Assembly (NCBI GenBank): GCA_963666365.2
Contig: CAXXNF010000001.1
Span: forward strand, 928,001-992,000
DNA length: 64,000 bases
Direction of reading: 5' to 3'
Source of the DNA: Syntrophales bacterium
GTDB taxonomy: Bacteria > Desulfobacterota > Syntrophia > Syntrophales > UBA2210
Shown: one piece after another, positions 9,144 to 19,782 of the stretch
Layout of the letters: every line of letters starts with the position of its first letter
How positions within the stretch are numbered: position 1 is the first letter of the stretch
Notes under the pieces: model-generated
What the model was told of the DNA's origin: nothing
Databases searched by the model: none
Seen by the model: only the letters and a program-made list of their open reading frames with translations
Position numbers and translations under genes: made by a program

Positions 9144-9584
9144 TCAGCTGTCGTTGTTTTCTTCTTTTTCTTCTACGGTCCCGGAGGTCTCCTCCTCAGT
9201 TTCCTCTTCGGATCGAGGACTCTCTTTACCCTGTGCGAACAGGTCACTCCTGCGAATGATCACGGTGTGATACCGATCCACTCCATCGAACACATCGATC
9301 GGCCGTTTCTTTTTTCCTATATGCCATGAGCGGCCTTCGGCATGTATTTCCCAGTTCTCAAGGCTGAAATTGAGCCGTAATCCGGGAGACAAACGGTTTA
9401 GATCCTTCAGAAGGGCGTCAATAGCGGCAAAAGTAAATTCATCCCCTTCTTTGATCAAAATTCCGTAGAAATTGGCGGTGGTACGTGAACAGGACCACTG
9501 AAGAAGTGAGAGATCCACGGCGTGCCGCACGAGCACCTTCTTAACCCGCGCATTCATATCGTAACGGTTCACCGAATTCGCCAC
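9144..9584 (-). CDS. Hypothetical protein with acidic C-terminal tail
   Basis: Fills the gap between dacA and xth. Probable GTG start at 9584 with GAGG upstream; no recognised motif. Confidence 0.6.
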   Translation of the reverse strand: MANSVNRYDMNARVKKVLVRHAVDLSLLQWSCSRTTANFYGILIKEGDEFTFAAIDALLKDLNRLSPGLRLNFSLENWEIHAEGRSWHIGKKKRPIDVFDGVDRYHTVIIRRSDLFAQGKESPRSEEETEEETSGTVEEKEENNDS

Positions 9585-9676
9585 CGACACCTCTCTCATC
9601 ATACAAAAAGAAACGATACGGGATGTTGCCCGGATCACTATAGCGGCGCCCATCATACCACCAAGAGCCGTATCCT

Positions 9677-10471
9677 CTAGAGAGTGAATTCAGCCACGAG
9701 GATGGTGTGGTCTGACGGCCTTTCACTTGTTCTTGGATCGAGATCAATGGTACAGTTCTTTGATGCGTCGCTCAATGAACGAGTAGCCAGGATATGGTCC
9801 ACTCGCCATCCCAGTCCGCGCTCGAGCGCCCGGGGCACACGATAATCGAAAAAAGTATACTGCCCCGGTTCATCCCTATGATGTTTCCTGAACAGGTCTA
9901 CAAGTCCCCACGCCATGAGCCGATCAAAGGCATCCCACACTTCGGGGGTAAAATCGACGTGACCGCGGAGACGCTTCGGATCGTGGACATCGATATCTTC
10001 ACGGGCCACATTTAAGTCACCGCAACAGACCAGTAAATCTTGCGGCTGGGCGTGATCTGCGAGATACTTTCGGAGCCTGTCGAACCACTGAATCTTGTAC
10101 TGAAATTGCTCATGGTCGCGGCTTCGACCCTGAGGAACGTAGAGATTCAGCACGGTTATTCCCCCATAGACACCCCTGATCAATCGATCGGCGTCGGGGG
10201 GACCTTCGTCATCAAACCCAAAGGACACCTCTTCCGGCGGTCTCCGGGACGCGATCGCAACGCCGTTGTAGCGTTTTTCACCTTTATATTCAACATGATA
10301 TCCGGCATTCTCAAAAACATCTACAGGGAATGCGCTGTCGGCCACCTTTGTCTCCTGCATGCATAGAAGATCGGGTCGATGTGCTTCCAGCCAGGGAATG
10401 AGTATATGCAGCCGCGATCGCACCGAATTCACATTGTACGTTGCAATTTTCAGGGTTTCCTTGCGGGACAT
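9677..10471 (-). CDS. xth: Exodeoxyribonuclease III
   Basis: IATYNVNS, QETK, YNGVAI, YVPQG, GDLN, RVDHIL, SDH. Confidence 0.95.
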   Translation of the reverse strand: MSRKETLKIATYNVNSVRSRLHILIPWLEAHRPDLLCMQETKVADSAFPVDVFENAGYHVEYKGEKRYNGVAIASRRPPEEVSFGFDDEGPPDADRLIRGVYGGITVLNLYVPQGRSRDHEQFQYKIQWFDRLRKYLADHAQPQDLLVCCGDLNVAREDIDVHDPKRLRGHVDFTPEVWDAFDRLMAWGLVDLFRKHHRDEPGQYTFFDYRVPRALERGLGWRVDHILATRSLSDASKNCTIDLDPRTSERPSDHTILVAEFTL

Positions 10472-10742
10472 GAATTCTCCCCCCTCATCTGTTCTTTCCC
10501 TTCGCAGCAGCGAAGGCGCCGCTGCACAGTGCCGTTATCGGGGAATACTATATCAAAACGACCATAATGTGTAGGATTTTAAACGGTGCAGATCGGTCGG
10601 CATTTTTTCATGCTTGGTGGTAATACATCATAATTTCGAAATAATCGCTGGATCTCAATGGTGTACATTGTTATAAACTTATTATATTAAATGCTTGCGA
10701 GAGAAAGGATCCGCCAAGACGGGGACGCTGACGGGGGACTTT

Positions 10743-12665
10743 ATGACTGAACCTAAGAAACAAACGGCAAAGGAGTTTTTGCGTCAGAGGAACTTTTTCG
10801 AAGTCGTCCTCGAGCGGATTGTAAGCGGGGTCTGTGCGGCCGACCGGGAAGGCCGCATCTATTATGTCAACAGGGGAATGACGGCGATCTCGGATATCCC
10901 GAAAGAAGATATTCTTGCGAAGCGGTCGCTTATGGAATTATTTATCGACAGGGATGCGGTGCTGCACAGCGCCTATGACCGGGCAAAGAATACGCTGCAG
11001 CCGATTCAGTACATCGCTGCACCCGTCGTTCTTTCCAATAGACGTCTCCGTTACATCTCGGGCTGGTTCATCCCCTCCATCACCGAGGAAACATTGGACG
11101 GCATGCTGCTCACGGCAGTGGATATGACGGAACGGGAAGAAGCGGAGCGGGCGCGGCAGGAACGGGAGGAGTGGACGAAACTGGCCCTCGAGGAAACGGA
11201 CGAGGGGCTCTGGGAATGGAACGTACCGGAACAGCAGCTCATCTTCCACGACAACTGGCCGCACCGGCTCGGATACGATGATCTGGGCCCTGCAGTAAAT
11301 GTCAACTGGTGGCTCGCGCACATTACCGAAGAGAGCCGGAGTCGCGTGGAGCGGCAATTTCGGGAACACCGGAAGGGAAGAACAACGTATCATGAATTTG
11401 AATATGAAATACAGACGAAAGAGGGAGAATCTCTCTGGTTCTGGGTACGGGCAAAAATAATTGAAAGAACCGGAGAGGGGCGCCCCCTTCGCGTGATCGG
11501 CACGCATCGCGATATCACCGACCGGGTGCTTTCGGAAGAGGCCCTGCGCATAAGTGAGGCGCGCTATCGCGATATTGTCGAAAACACCGACGTGCTCATC
11601 GGACGCTTTGACAGCGAAGGAAGGATCACGTACATGAACAGAGCCATAGGAACCCTTATGGGCGTCGATCCCGAATCGAGCATCGGAATGTCAAGTCTCG
11701 ACTTTGTGCATCCCGATGACTTGAAGCATACCATTGCCACATATAGACAATGGATAGGCGATAAAAGATCCTCCGGCACCCTTGAAAACCGCTATATCAA
11801 CAAAAAAACGGGCGCGGTGTGGCATCTGGCCTGGACCATTACCCTTCACTACGACAGGGAAGGCCGCCTGGTCGACTCCCACGGCATCGGCATCAACATC
11901 ACCGACCGCATAAAGCTTGAAGAGGCACTGCGCAGGGCGGAAAAATTGGAGTCCCTTGGCATTCTTGCCGGTGGCATTGCTCACGATTTCAATAATCTGC
12001 TGACCGTCATCCTGGGAAATATCGATCTCTCGCTCTCGGCGCATCAGTCCGAGGCCGACATCTTCCACAACCTCCGGAAAGCAAAATATGCCTGCGATCA
12101 GGCAAAAGAGCTGGCCCAACGATTTCTCACCTTCTCACAGGGGGGCAATCCCAAAAAAGACATTACACCCCTCGCCCCCATCATTCTTGACTCTATAGAG
12201 GCAGCCTTATCCGCCGCCAATGTGGCAGCCCGACACTCTCTATCTCGCGATCTATGGACTGCAGCGGTTGATGCCGCACAGATGCGCCAGGCAATCGGCA
12301 ACATTATCATAAACGCCGGAGAAGCCATGCCTGAAGGCGGAACAGTGTTCGTGAAGGCGGAAAACATCGTTATGAGTGGACAGAACGGGACTTCCCACCC
12401 GTCCCCCACGGCGCATTACATAAAAATATTGATAGAAGACAAGGGCAGGGGAATAGCGGCACAGGATCTCTCCAAAATTTTCGACCCATACTTTACGACA
12501 AAAAAACTGGGGGCACAGAAGGGTATGGGACTGGGGCTTACCATTGCCTATTCAATTATCGCACGACACGACGGTTACATTACGGTCGATTCCATTGAGG
12601 GATCGGGAACAACAGTCACGGTTTATCTTCCCGCGTCATCAGAGGCTGCAATGGGACGTGCATAA
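10743..12665 (+). CDS. Cytoplasmic multi-PAS sensor histidine kinase
   Basis: Three PAS/PAC repeats, H-box GGIAHDFNNLL, N-box NAGEAM, DKGRG, FDPYFTTK, GMGLGL. No receiver domain. Start placed at ATG 10743. Confidence 0.9.
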   Translation: MTEPKKQTAKEFLRQRNFFEVVLERIVSGVCAADREGRIYYVNRGMTAISDIPKEDILAKRSLMELFIDRDAVLHSAYDRAKNTLQPIQYIAAPVVLSNRRLRYISGWFIPSITEETLDGMLLTAVDMTEREEAERARQEREEWTKLALEETDEGLWEWNVPEQQLIFHDNWPHRLGYDDLGPAVNVNWWLAHITEESRSRVERQFREHRKGRTTYHEFEYEIQTKEGESLWFWVRAKIIERTGEGRPLRVIGTHRDITDRVLSEEALRISEARYRDIVENTDVLIGRFDSEGRITYMNRAIGTLMGVDPESSIGMSSLDFVHPDDLKHTIATYRQWIGDKRSSGTLENRYINKKTGAVWHLAWTITLHYDREGRLVDSHGIGINITDRIKLEEALRRAEKLESLGILAGGIAHDFNNLLTVILGNIDLSLSAHQSEADIFHNLRKAKYACDQAKELAQRFLTFSQGGNPKKDITPLAPIILDSIEAALSAANVAARHSLSRDLWTAAVDAAQMRQAIGNIIINAGEAMPEGGTVFVKAENIVMSGQNGTSHPSPTAHYIKILIEDKGRGIAAQDLSKIFDPYFTTKKLGAQKGMGLGLTIAYSIIARHDGYITVDSIEGSGTTVTVYLPASSEAAMGRA

Positions 12666-12684
12666 AGGATGGGCGAGCCCCCAC

Positions 12685-13101
12685 CTAGGTGTGCCTGCGG
12701 CCTATGCTCGACATGCTGAGACTCCCGTATCGGACCCCCCGCACCGACTTCAACATATCGGCCACTTTCTCCACATCCTTTGCCCTGCCGCGGACAGCGA
12801 CAATTTCGAGACAGTTGTCATGATCCAGGTGAATGTGCTGTGTCGAAATAATGATATTTTGAAAATCGTGCTGAATATCGATGATTCTGTGTACGAGTTC
12901 TCCCCCATGGTGATCGTACACAAAGGAAATCGCGCCGGCAACTTCCCGGTCGTCCTCCCACTCCTTTTTCACCAGCTCCTGTCTGATAAGATCCCGGAGG
13001 GCTTCCGATCTGTTGGTATATTTCCTTTCATGAATCAGCTCATCGAATCGTTCGAGCAGCACCTTATCCAAAGAAACACCGAACCTCACAAGCTCAGACA
13101 T
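12685..13101 (-). CDS. nikR: Nickel-responsive regulator NikR
   Basis: RFGVSLD ribbon, NRSEALRDLIR, YDHH, QH, HIHLDHDNCLE. Confidence 0.95.
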   Translation of the reverse strand: MSELVRFGVSLDKVLLERFDELIHERKYTNRSEALRDLIRQELVKKEWEDDREVAGAISFVYDHHGGELVHRIIDIQHDFQNIIISTQHIHLDHDNCLEIVAVRGRAKDVEKVADMLKSVRGVRYGSLSMSSIGRRHT

Positions 13102-13195
13102 ACCCACCACCCGTATTGTTTTTTCAAGAGCGTGCACCACTCCCCTCTCACATGTCAAGAGCCATACCGGCAGAAAACACCGGCTTCGGCGCGCC

Positions 13196-14800
13196 CTACC
13201 TTATAGTTCTCAATTCTCTCCGCAATATTTTTCCCAGGGCGCTCTTGGGCAGTTCATCCATGAACTGTATCGATTTGGGCCGTTTAATGGTGGGCAGCTT
13301 TTCCCTGCAGAAATCGATAAGCTCCTCCGCGGTGACCGCACCGGGATGCTTCAGCGCGACAAAGGCTTTCACTTCCTCTCCATAAATCGGATCAGGCACT
13401 CCAACCACACCGGCTTCCAGCACTTCCGGATGCATATAAAGAATATTTTCTATTTCCTTGGGGTATATGTTCTCGCCCCCCCGAATGATAAGGTCTTTTT
13501 TTCTGTCCGTAATGTAGAGATACTCGTCTTCGTCCATGTAACCCACGTCGCCGGTGTGCAACCAGCCGTTGCGCACCGCTTCCGCCGTTTCCTCAGGCTT
13601 GTTCCAGTAGCCCTTCATGACGCAGGGACCCTTGATCACGATTTCACCTGTTTCACCGGGAGGCAGCGCCCGTTCATTCTCATCGAATATCCTGATTGTA
13701 TTGCACTTCTGGTAGCATTTACCGATGGAGCCGTACTTGGGCGGCCTCCGTCCCGCTATGTTGCCGCAGTTGACCGTGGTCGCTTCGCTCAGACCGTACC
13801 CCTCCCAGATATCGACCCCGTATTTTTCCTTCCATTGACGGGCCGTTTCCAGCGGCATCGGCGCGGAACCGCATATACAGGTCTGAAGCGAGCTCAAATC
13901 GTACCGGGACGCCGCGGGGTGGTTCAACAACTGGATATACATGGTGGGCACGCCGCGAAAATCCGTAACTCCGTATCGCTCAATGCATTTCATTGCTTCT
14001 TCGGGATTCCACCTGCCTATGACGACAAGTTTTCCACCGGTGAGAAACTCGAGATTCAACGCGAATACGCCATAACCGTGAAACAGCGGCAGGGTAATGA
14101 GAGAAACGCGATTCCGGTTCACTCCATATATTTCAATCTCCTGATCTTTCAGGGTATCGCGCCGGGCATCCCGTTCCTTCACGGCGCCTTCAACCGTCAC
14201 ACCCCAGGCATCCTGCAACACCAGTTCGTAATATCCTGTAACATGGGTGTACCAGTTATAGTGCGTCAGCATTACTCCTTTGGGGTTTCCCGTAGTGCCG
14301 GCGGTGTAGATCATCACCGCCGTATCGTCATTGTCCGTATCGACGATTGTCAATCTATCCGATGCATTGCCGACTAGCTCTTCGTAGGAAAGGGCATCCT
14401 CAGGTATCGCCTCTCCTGTTACTATAATATGCCGAAGCCCCGGCGCTTCCCGGCGCGCCTCTCTGATGACTTTCATATAGTCATTGACGGTAATCAAAGC
14501 AACCAACCCTGCGTCCTTGTAAAGATAGGAAAGCTCGTGAAGGCGAAGCGATGGATTCACGGGAACCAATATCGCCCCTATTTTGAAGGTGGCAAAAAAT
14601 GCCTGTATGAGCTGCGGGCAGTTGAGAAGCTGCACCCCCACACGGTCTCCCTTTTTGACGCCCAATCCTTTCAGGGCATTGCCCAACCTGTCGGCAGCGC
14701 GGTTCATTTCCACATTGGTATGCCACTTCCCCTCAAAATACACGAATTCATATTCGCCGAATCTTTTAATGTTGTCCTCGGCCAAGCGCCCTATATTCAT
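13196..14800 (-). CDS. AMP-forming (long-chain) acyl-CoA ligase
   Basis: YTAGTTGNPKG, EGYGLSE, TGDVG, DRKKDLIIRGGENIYP, PKSALGK. Confidence 0.92.
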   Translation of the reverse strand: MNIGRLAEDNIKRFGEYEFVYFEGKWHTNVEMNRAADRLGNALKGLGVKKGDRVGVQLLNCPQLIQAFFATFKIGAILVPVNPSLRLHELSYLYKDAGLVALITVNDYMKVIREARREAPGLRHIIVTGEAIPEDALSYEELVGNASDRLTIVDTDNDDTAVMIYTAGTTGNPKGVMLTHYNWYTHVTGYYELVLQDAWGVTVEGAVKERDARRDTLKDQEIEIYGVNRNRVSLITLPLFHGYGVFALNLEFLTGGKLVVIGRWNPEEAMKCIERYGVTDFRGVPTMYIQLLNHPAASRYDLSSLQTCICGSAPMPLETARQWKEKYGVDIWEGYGLSEATTVNCGNIAGRRPPKYGSIGKCYQKCNTIRIFDENERALPPGETGEIVIKGPCVMKGYWNKPEETAEAVRNGWLHTGDVGYMDEDEYLYITDRKKDLIIRGGENIYPKEIENILYMHPEVLEAGVVGVPDPIYGEEVKAFVALKHPGAVTAEELIDFCREKLPTIKRPKSIQFMDELPKSALGKILRRELRTIR

Positions 14801-14923
14801 GCCCCGCGTCCTTTCTTACCGATTCATTTTCCCGTCACTCCCATACACCTTCCTTGCGTGCCTTCATAGTGCCTTTCTTCACAGCGGTCAAACTTTTCGT
14901 TAAACAGCGCACCATCTTAGCAA

Positions 14924-16240
14924 TTATCCCCCAAAGAAAACTCGTGGAAGCCATGTGGCAATTTCCGGGAATATCATGACGACTGCCAATCCCACCAATG
15001 AGACAAGGGTGTAGGGAATGGACGACCGGTAGATGTCTCCCATGGAAATACCCGGCGGGACGAGTCCTTTCATATAAAAGAGATTGAATCCGAAGGGCGG
15101 CGTCATGTACCCGATTTCCATGTTAATGGTAAAAAGAATCCCGAACCAGAGGGGATCGAATCCATAGGCGGTAATGATGGGCAGGAAGACGGGCACGCAT
15201 ATCATCATAATGCCCATCGGATCCAGCACCATGGCCAGGAGGAAGATCACCACCTGAATGAATATAATGATGCCCCATCCTCCTCCGGGGATATACTCGA
15301 CCATGTTCCTGATGAGGCTCGCCGCCCCCATGCCCTGATAGGCGGCGCTGAAACAGTAGGCGCCGAAAAGAATCCACATGATCATCCCCGTGAGCCTCAA
15401 TGTACGAATGCCGGCTTCGTAGACGATTGCCCAGGTGAGTCGTCGGTAGACAAGCGCAGAAATAATTGCCCCGAGAACACCAACGGCGGCTGCTTCCGTC
15501 GGTGTCGTCACTCCCCCCACGATGGAACCGAGCACGATAAAGACGATCAGGATGGGGAGAATCACCGCTCGAAGGGCCCGCAGTTTCTTCTTCCAGCTTG
15601 CCCGTTCCTCTTTCGGAAGGGCCGGCCCCTGGTGGGGCTGGATATAACAGCGGATCCCGATATAGGCGGACACGAGAATCAGGAGCAGTATTCCCGGGAA
15701 CACGCCGCCGGCGAACATCTTCCCCACCGACTCCCCTGAAATGAGTGAATAGAGAATCATAATGACGCTTGGTGGAATAAGGATCCCCCAACCGCCGCCG
15801 GTGAGGATACACCCTATGGCCAATTCCTTGTCATAGTTTCTCTGAAGCATCGACGGCAGTGCAATGGCCCCCATGCTGGCCACGGCCGCGCCGCTGATCC
15901 CGCACATGGCCGCAAATATGGCGCAGATGACACAGGTGCCGATGGCCAATCCTCCCCTCACAGGGCCGAACCAGAGATACATCATTTCGTAGAGGTCATT
16001 GGCGGCGCCCGACTTTTCCAGTATCATGGCCATAAAAATAAAAAGGGGAACCGCAACAAGAGTAAATTTGTTCATGGCGCCCCAGGTCTGGGCAGCCACC
16101 ATATAGAAGGCCTGAGGTCCCCAGGTAAAATAGATGAATACTACCGATATCCCCCCCAGCACAAAGGAAAGAGGAAGGCCGAGGACAAGAAAAAGCACAA
16201 GGGACGCAAAGAAAAGCAGCGTGAGAACTTCAATGCTCAT
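14924..16240 (-). CDS. dctM: TRAP transporter large permease
   Basis: LVAVPLFIFM, GILIPPS, TPTEAA, TPPFG; highly hydrophobic. Confidence 0.93.
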   Translation of the reverse strand: MSIEVLTLLFFASLVLFLVLGLPLSFVLGGISVVFIYFTWGPQAFYMVAAQTWGAMNKFTLVAVPLFIFMAMILEKSGAANDLYEMMYLWFGPVRGGLAIGTCVICAIFAAMCGISGAAVASMGAIALPSMLQRNYDKELAIGCILTGGGWGILIPPSVIMILYSLISGESVGKMFAGGVFPGILLLILVSAYIGIRCYIQPHQGPALPKEERASWKKKLRALRAVILPILIVFIVLGSIVGGVTTPTEAAAVGVLGAIISALVYRRLTWAIVYEAGIRTLRLTGMIMWILFGAYCFSAAYQGMGAASLIRNMVEYIPGGGWGIIIFIQVVIFLLAMVLDPMGIMMICVPVFLPIITAYGFDPLWFGILFTINMEIGYMTPPFGFNLFYMKGLVPPGISMGDIYRSSIPYTLVSLVGLAVVMIFPEIATWLPRVFFGG

Positions 16241-16785
16241 ATGACGTTTCCTTCCGTTGTCTCGCCTGCGATCACATCAATTTCTTTTCCCGTGACTGCA
16301 GCAGTAATATCCCGTATCAGCTTTGCCATCCCCTGAATCAAGAGCAGCATCGCCCCCAGGGGTATCATGAGTTTCACCGGGTAGATCGGGGGATCCCAGG
16401 CCGAGTGCGAATGCTCAAGGCCGGCAAGCGACTCCCAGGCAAGCGATCCTCCGTAGACAATCATCATACCGCAGAAGAGAAAGAAGAGAACCGACGTGAC
16501 GATGTCCACTATGGCTTTCGTCCGTCTGAAAAACCGTGCATAGATGATGTCGACATTCACATGTCCCTCCCACCGCATCACATAGCCTCCGGAAAGGACG
16601 ATATAGACGCCGAAGATCAACTGCGTGAGTTCGTTCCCCCAGACGGTGGGATGGTTGAAAAAGTATCGGCCGATCACTTCTTTCATAACGAGGAGAAACA
16701 TGGCCAGGGCGCCGAAGGAAAGTATCTTTCCTATCCAATCGTTCAATTCGTCGACGAAATGGAGAATCGTGACAATGGTCTTCAT
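16237..16785 (-). CDS. dctQ: TRAP transporter small permease
   Basis: Four TM segments, RYFFNHPT.W, HVNVDI; 4-nt overlap with dctM. Confidence 0.92.
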   Translation of the reverse strand: MKTIVTILHFVDELNDWIGKILSFGALAMFLLVMKEVIGRYFFNHPTVWGNELTQLIFGVYIVLSGGYVMRWEGHVNVDIIYARFFRRTKAIVDIVTSVLFFLFCGMMIVYGGSLAWESLAGLEHSHSAWDPPIYPVKLMIPLGAMLLLIQGMAKLIRDITAAVTGKEIDVIAGETTEGNVI

Positions 16786-16806
16786 AAGGGTGCCTCCGGA
16801 GTCATG

Positions 16807-16841
16807 ACATCATCCGGCCCGGTCGCCGGGCCGGATGATGT
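16807..16841. other. Perfect 16-bp intergenic stem-loop between dctP and dctQ
   Basis: ACATCATCCGGCCCGG-tcg-CCGGGCCGGATGATGT; no U-tract. Confidence 0.8.
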
Positions 16842-16852
16842 GAGAAGACGCG

Positions 16853-17899
16853 TTATTTCAGTCTTCCAAGAGAGCGGTTGAATTCCACCAGCATTTCAAC
16901 TGCCTTTGCGCAGTCCGGGCTCTTTTTGGCCACGTCGTCCCAGATAGGCATGGCCGCCTTCTGCAGTTTGACGTATTCTTCAGGAAGCAGTTCCGACACG
17001 GTGACCCCATGTTTTTCAATCACCTGGGGGAGAGTTTTTTCCTCGAGATAGATGTACTGGTTGGTCCTCATCCAGAAGTGTTCTTCCAGGGTGGCCACAA
17101 GGATCTTCTGAATATCTTCGGGAAGCTTTTTCATGGCTTCCAGGTTCACCAGCCAGGCGTCGGTACCGGCAATGTTCAGACAGGGCTTGAGGTGATACTT
17201 GCAGATTTCATAAAATCCCATACTTGAGTTGCCCTGCACGGCGCCCCAGTGGGCGCCGTCAATCACGCCCGATGCGAGAGACGGATAGATTTCACTTCCG
17301 GGGATATAGGAGGCAGCCGCCCCTATTGCGGTGAGATACAGCTGGAGAACACCGGAAGATCTCAGCTTAAGCCCCTTGAAGTCGTCCATTTTGTGAAGGG
17401 GTTTTTTGCAGGCAAGCTCCGTCACATACACCTTGTCCGTTGAGTAATAAAGGCCGTGCTTGGCACAGGCATCCCGCAGCATGTCCTCGAAACCAAGCCA
17501 CTTGTAAAAATATGCGCATTCCCATACTTCCTTGAAGTTGAAGGGCAGTCCCGATCCCACAGCTCCCAGCGGCACCTGGGCCTGGTAGTACTGAGGAGGC
17601 GACACGGCAATCTCGATCATGCCCCTTTTGACGGCATTGAAAATTTCCTTGGATGGAACAAGGGCCCCCGCCGCATAGAGCTGAATATCCAGCCTCCCCC
17701 CCGTGCGTTCCTTGAGGCGGTTGACGACCACTTCAGCGCTGTCCTTGTAGGACACGCTTGCCGTCGGCCAATGAACCTGACATTTCCACCGGTAAACTTT
17801 TTCCGCGGCAAGTGCAGTGTCCCCCACGCCTGCCATGGCCACCAGGACAATCGCCGCCAAGAGGACGATGCCGCCTACACACACTGTTCTTTTCATCAT
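16853..17899 (-). CDS. dctP: TRAP transporter periplasmic substrate-binding protein
   Basis: Signal peptide, TGGRLDIQLYAAG, DFKGLKLR, EIYPSLASGVIDG. Confidence 0.93.
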   Translation of the reverse strand: MMKRTVCVGGIVLLAAIVLVAMAGVGDTALAAEKVYRWKCQVHWPTASVSYKDSAEVVVNRLKERTGGRLDIQLYAAGALVPSKEIFNAVKRGMIEIAVSPPQYYQAQVPLGAVGSGLPFNFKEVWECAYFYKWLGFEDMLRDACAKHGLYYSTDKVYVTELACKKPLHKMDDFKGLKLRSSGVLQLYLTAIGAAASYIPGSEIYPSLASGVIDGAHWGAVQGNSSMGFYEICKYHLKPCLNIAGTDAWLVNLEAMKKLPEDIQKILVATLEEHFWMRTNQYIYLEEKTLPQVIEKHGVTVSELLPEEYVKLQKAAMPIWDDVAKKSPDCAKAVEMLVEFNRSLGRLK

Positions 17900-18251
17900 G
17901 GTCCCTCCTTCATGTAGTGTATATTCTCCTCTCTCCCCTTATCGGAAAGATATTCAAGTTCGCGAGCCGGCGAACGATTGATTGCGGATGATTGCCCGCC
18001 CCGTTTCCCCCGCCGAAATGCCGGTCCCTGAACGAAAAGGAAACGATCCGGCGGAGAAAGAAGGGCTTTGCGATATAGACATATGCAAGAAAAACCTGCG
18101 GCCTGCCGATGACACATTGTTAGCGTTCAGATGTATAGTTTCCCAGATCCCCCCGTATACAGCTTTTTGTATTGCAAAAATATGGATGACTGTCAAGGGA
18201 AAGATATGAGCGGGGATGAATCCGAATACCATGCACCATGCCATAAATTGA

Positions 18252-18279
18252 TTGACAGGACTCGGTGATCTTCTATAAG
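18252..18279 (+). promoter_or_regulatory. Putative sigma70 promoter for ugd-uxs
   Basis: TTGACA-N16-TATAAG. Confidence 0.5.
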
Positions 18280-18395
18280 AAGTAAAGGACTTGAATGGCG
18301 TCATGAAGGGGGCTTCAGGGCAAAATCATTCGGATGCCATGAACTTGCAGTGCCCATGCTCACCACAATCAGAGGCGAATGGAGCAGAACGGAAC

Positions 18396-19772
18396 ATGTC
18401 TTTTGAAAAGCGGATACTATGTATAGGCGCCGGCTACGTGGGCGGGCCTACCATGGCGATGATTGCGAATAAGTGCCCCCGCTATAAAGTAACGGTGGTG
18501 GATATTAATGAGGAGAGGATCGCACAGTGGCAAAGCGACAGCCTGCCGATTTATGAGCCCGGCCTTGATGAACTGGTTAAAACAACCCGAGGGGAAAACC
18601 TGTTTTTCAGCAGCGACATCGATGCGGCAATAGAGGAATCGGAGATCATTTTCGTCTCAGTGAACACACCGACGAAATCCTTCGGCAAGGGCGAGGGCAT
18701 GGCCGCCGATTTGCAGTTCTGGGAAAAGACGGCGCGCCGGATCGGCGAAGTGGCCCAGTCCGACAAAATAGTGGTAGAGAAAAGCACACTGCCGGTGCGC
18801 ACCGCCTTTGCCATGGAAAGAATCCTTTCGACGATCAACAGCGGCGTTCATTTCGAAGTGCTTTCAAATCCCGAGTTTCTTGCGGAAGGATCAGCCGTGA
18901 ACGATCTGGCTCATCCTGATCGTGTCCTTATCGGTTCACGGGAAACGGAATCGGGCATCCGCGCACGTGACGAACTGGTGAGAATCTATGCACACTGGGT
19001 ACCGAAGGAAAAGATCCTCACCTCCAATCTCTGGAGCAGCGAACTCTCGAAGCTTGTGGCAAACGCCTTTCTGGCCCAGCGCATTTCATCCATCAATACG
19101 ATCTCCGCTCTCTGCGAGAAGACAGAGGCCGATGTAACAGAGGTTGCCCGGGCCATCGGCATGGACAGCAGAATCGGAAACAAGTTCCTGAACGCCAGCA
19201 TCGGTTTTGGCGGATCATGTTTCAAAAAGGATATCCTCAATCTCGTGTACCTCTGCAGGTCCTACGGCCTGGACGACGTGGCGGATTACTGGGAAGGAGT
19301 GGTCAGAATCAATGAATATCAGATGGAACGTTTTGTGACCAGGATGCTGCACACCATGTTCAACACACTGGCGGGAAAAAGGATCTGCCTGCTCGGATTC
19401 GCTTTCAAGGCCAATACGGGGGACACCAGGGAAAGCCCGGCCATTGCAATTGCAAAGAGACTCGTTGAAGAAAAGGCGGCTGTGCACATTACCGACCCTC
19501 AGGCGCTTGCCAATGCACGAAACGACCTCAAGGATGCAGACGGCCTGGTCTCCTTCTTCGACGATCCCTACGAAGCGGCCCGCGGCTGCGATACTATCGC
19601 CGTGGTAACGGAGTGGGATCTTTTCAGGACACTGGACTTCAAAAGGATATATGAATCGATGAGAAAACCGGCCTTCATTTTCGACGGCCGGAACATTCTT
19701 AACCACCGGGAGCTCTTCGAGCTGGGCTTTCATGTGTTCCCTCTCGGAAAGCCCGCCATGAGCCGCTTTTAA
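18396..19772 (+). CDS. ugd: UDP-glucose 6-dehydrogenase
   Basis: [48 protein letters not shown]. Start at ATG 18396. Confidence 0.95.
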   Translation: MSFEKRILCIGAGYVGGPTMAMIANKCPRYKVTVVDINEERIAQWQSDSLPIYEPGLDELVKTTRGENLFFSSDIDAAIEESEIIFVSVNTPTKSFGKGEGMAADLQFWEKTARRIGEVAQSDKIVVEKSTLPVRTAFAMERILSTINSGVHFEVLSNPEFLAEGSAVNDLAHPDRVLIGSRETESGIRARDELVRIYAHWVPKEKILTSNLWSSELSKLVANAFLAQRISSINTISALCEKTEADVTEVARAIGMDSRIGNKFLNASIGFGGSCFKKDILNLVYLCRSYGLDDVADYWEGVVRINEYQMERFVTRMLHTMFNTLAGKRICLLGFAFKANTGDTRESPAIAIAKRLVEEKAAVHITDPQALANARNDLKDADGLVSFFDDPYEAARGCDTIAVVTEWDLFRTLDFKRIYESMRKPAFIFDGRNILNHRELFELGFHVFPLGKPAMSRF

Positions 19773-19782
19773 AGGAGGAAGG

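Noticed and set aside
17941..18180. Structured leader or operator upstream of dctP (GC-rich partial hairpin; TTTTTGTATTGCAAAAA near-palindrome)
   Set aside because: No match to a riboswitch I recognise and no adjacent regulator; too weak to call.
18291..18395. Extended N-termini given in the ORF track (ugd; also nikR, GT4, the hydrolase, the acyl-CoA ligase alpha subunit, usp and CNNM1)
   Set aside because: Family-typical N-termini and RBS or promoter positions favour the downstream starts used in the feature list.
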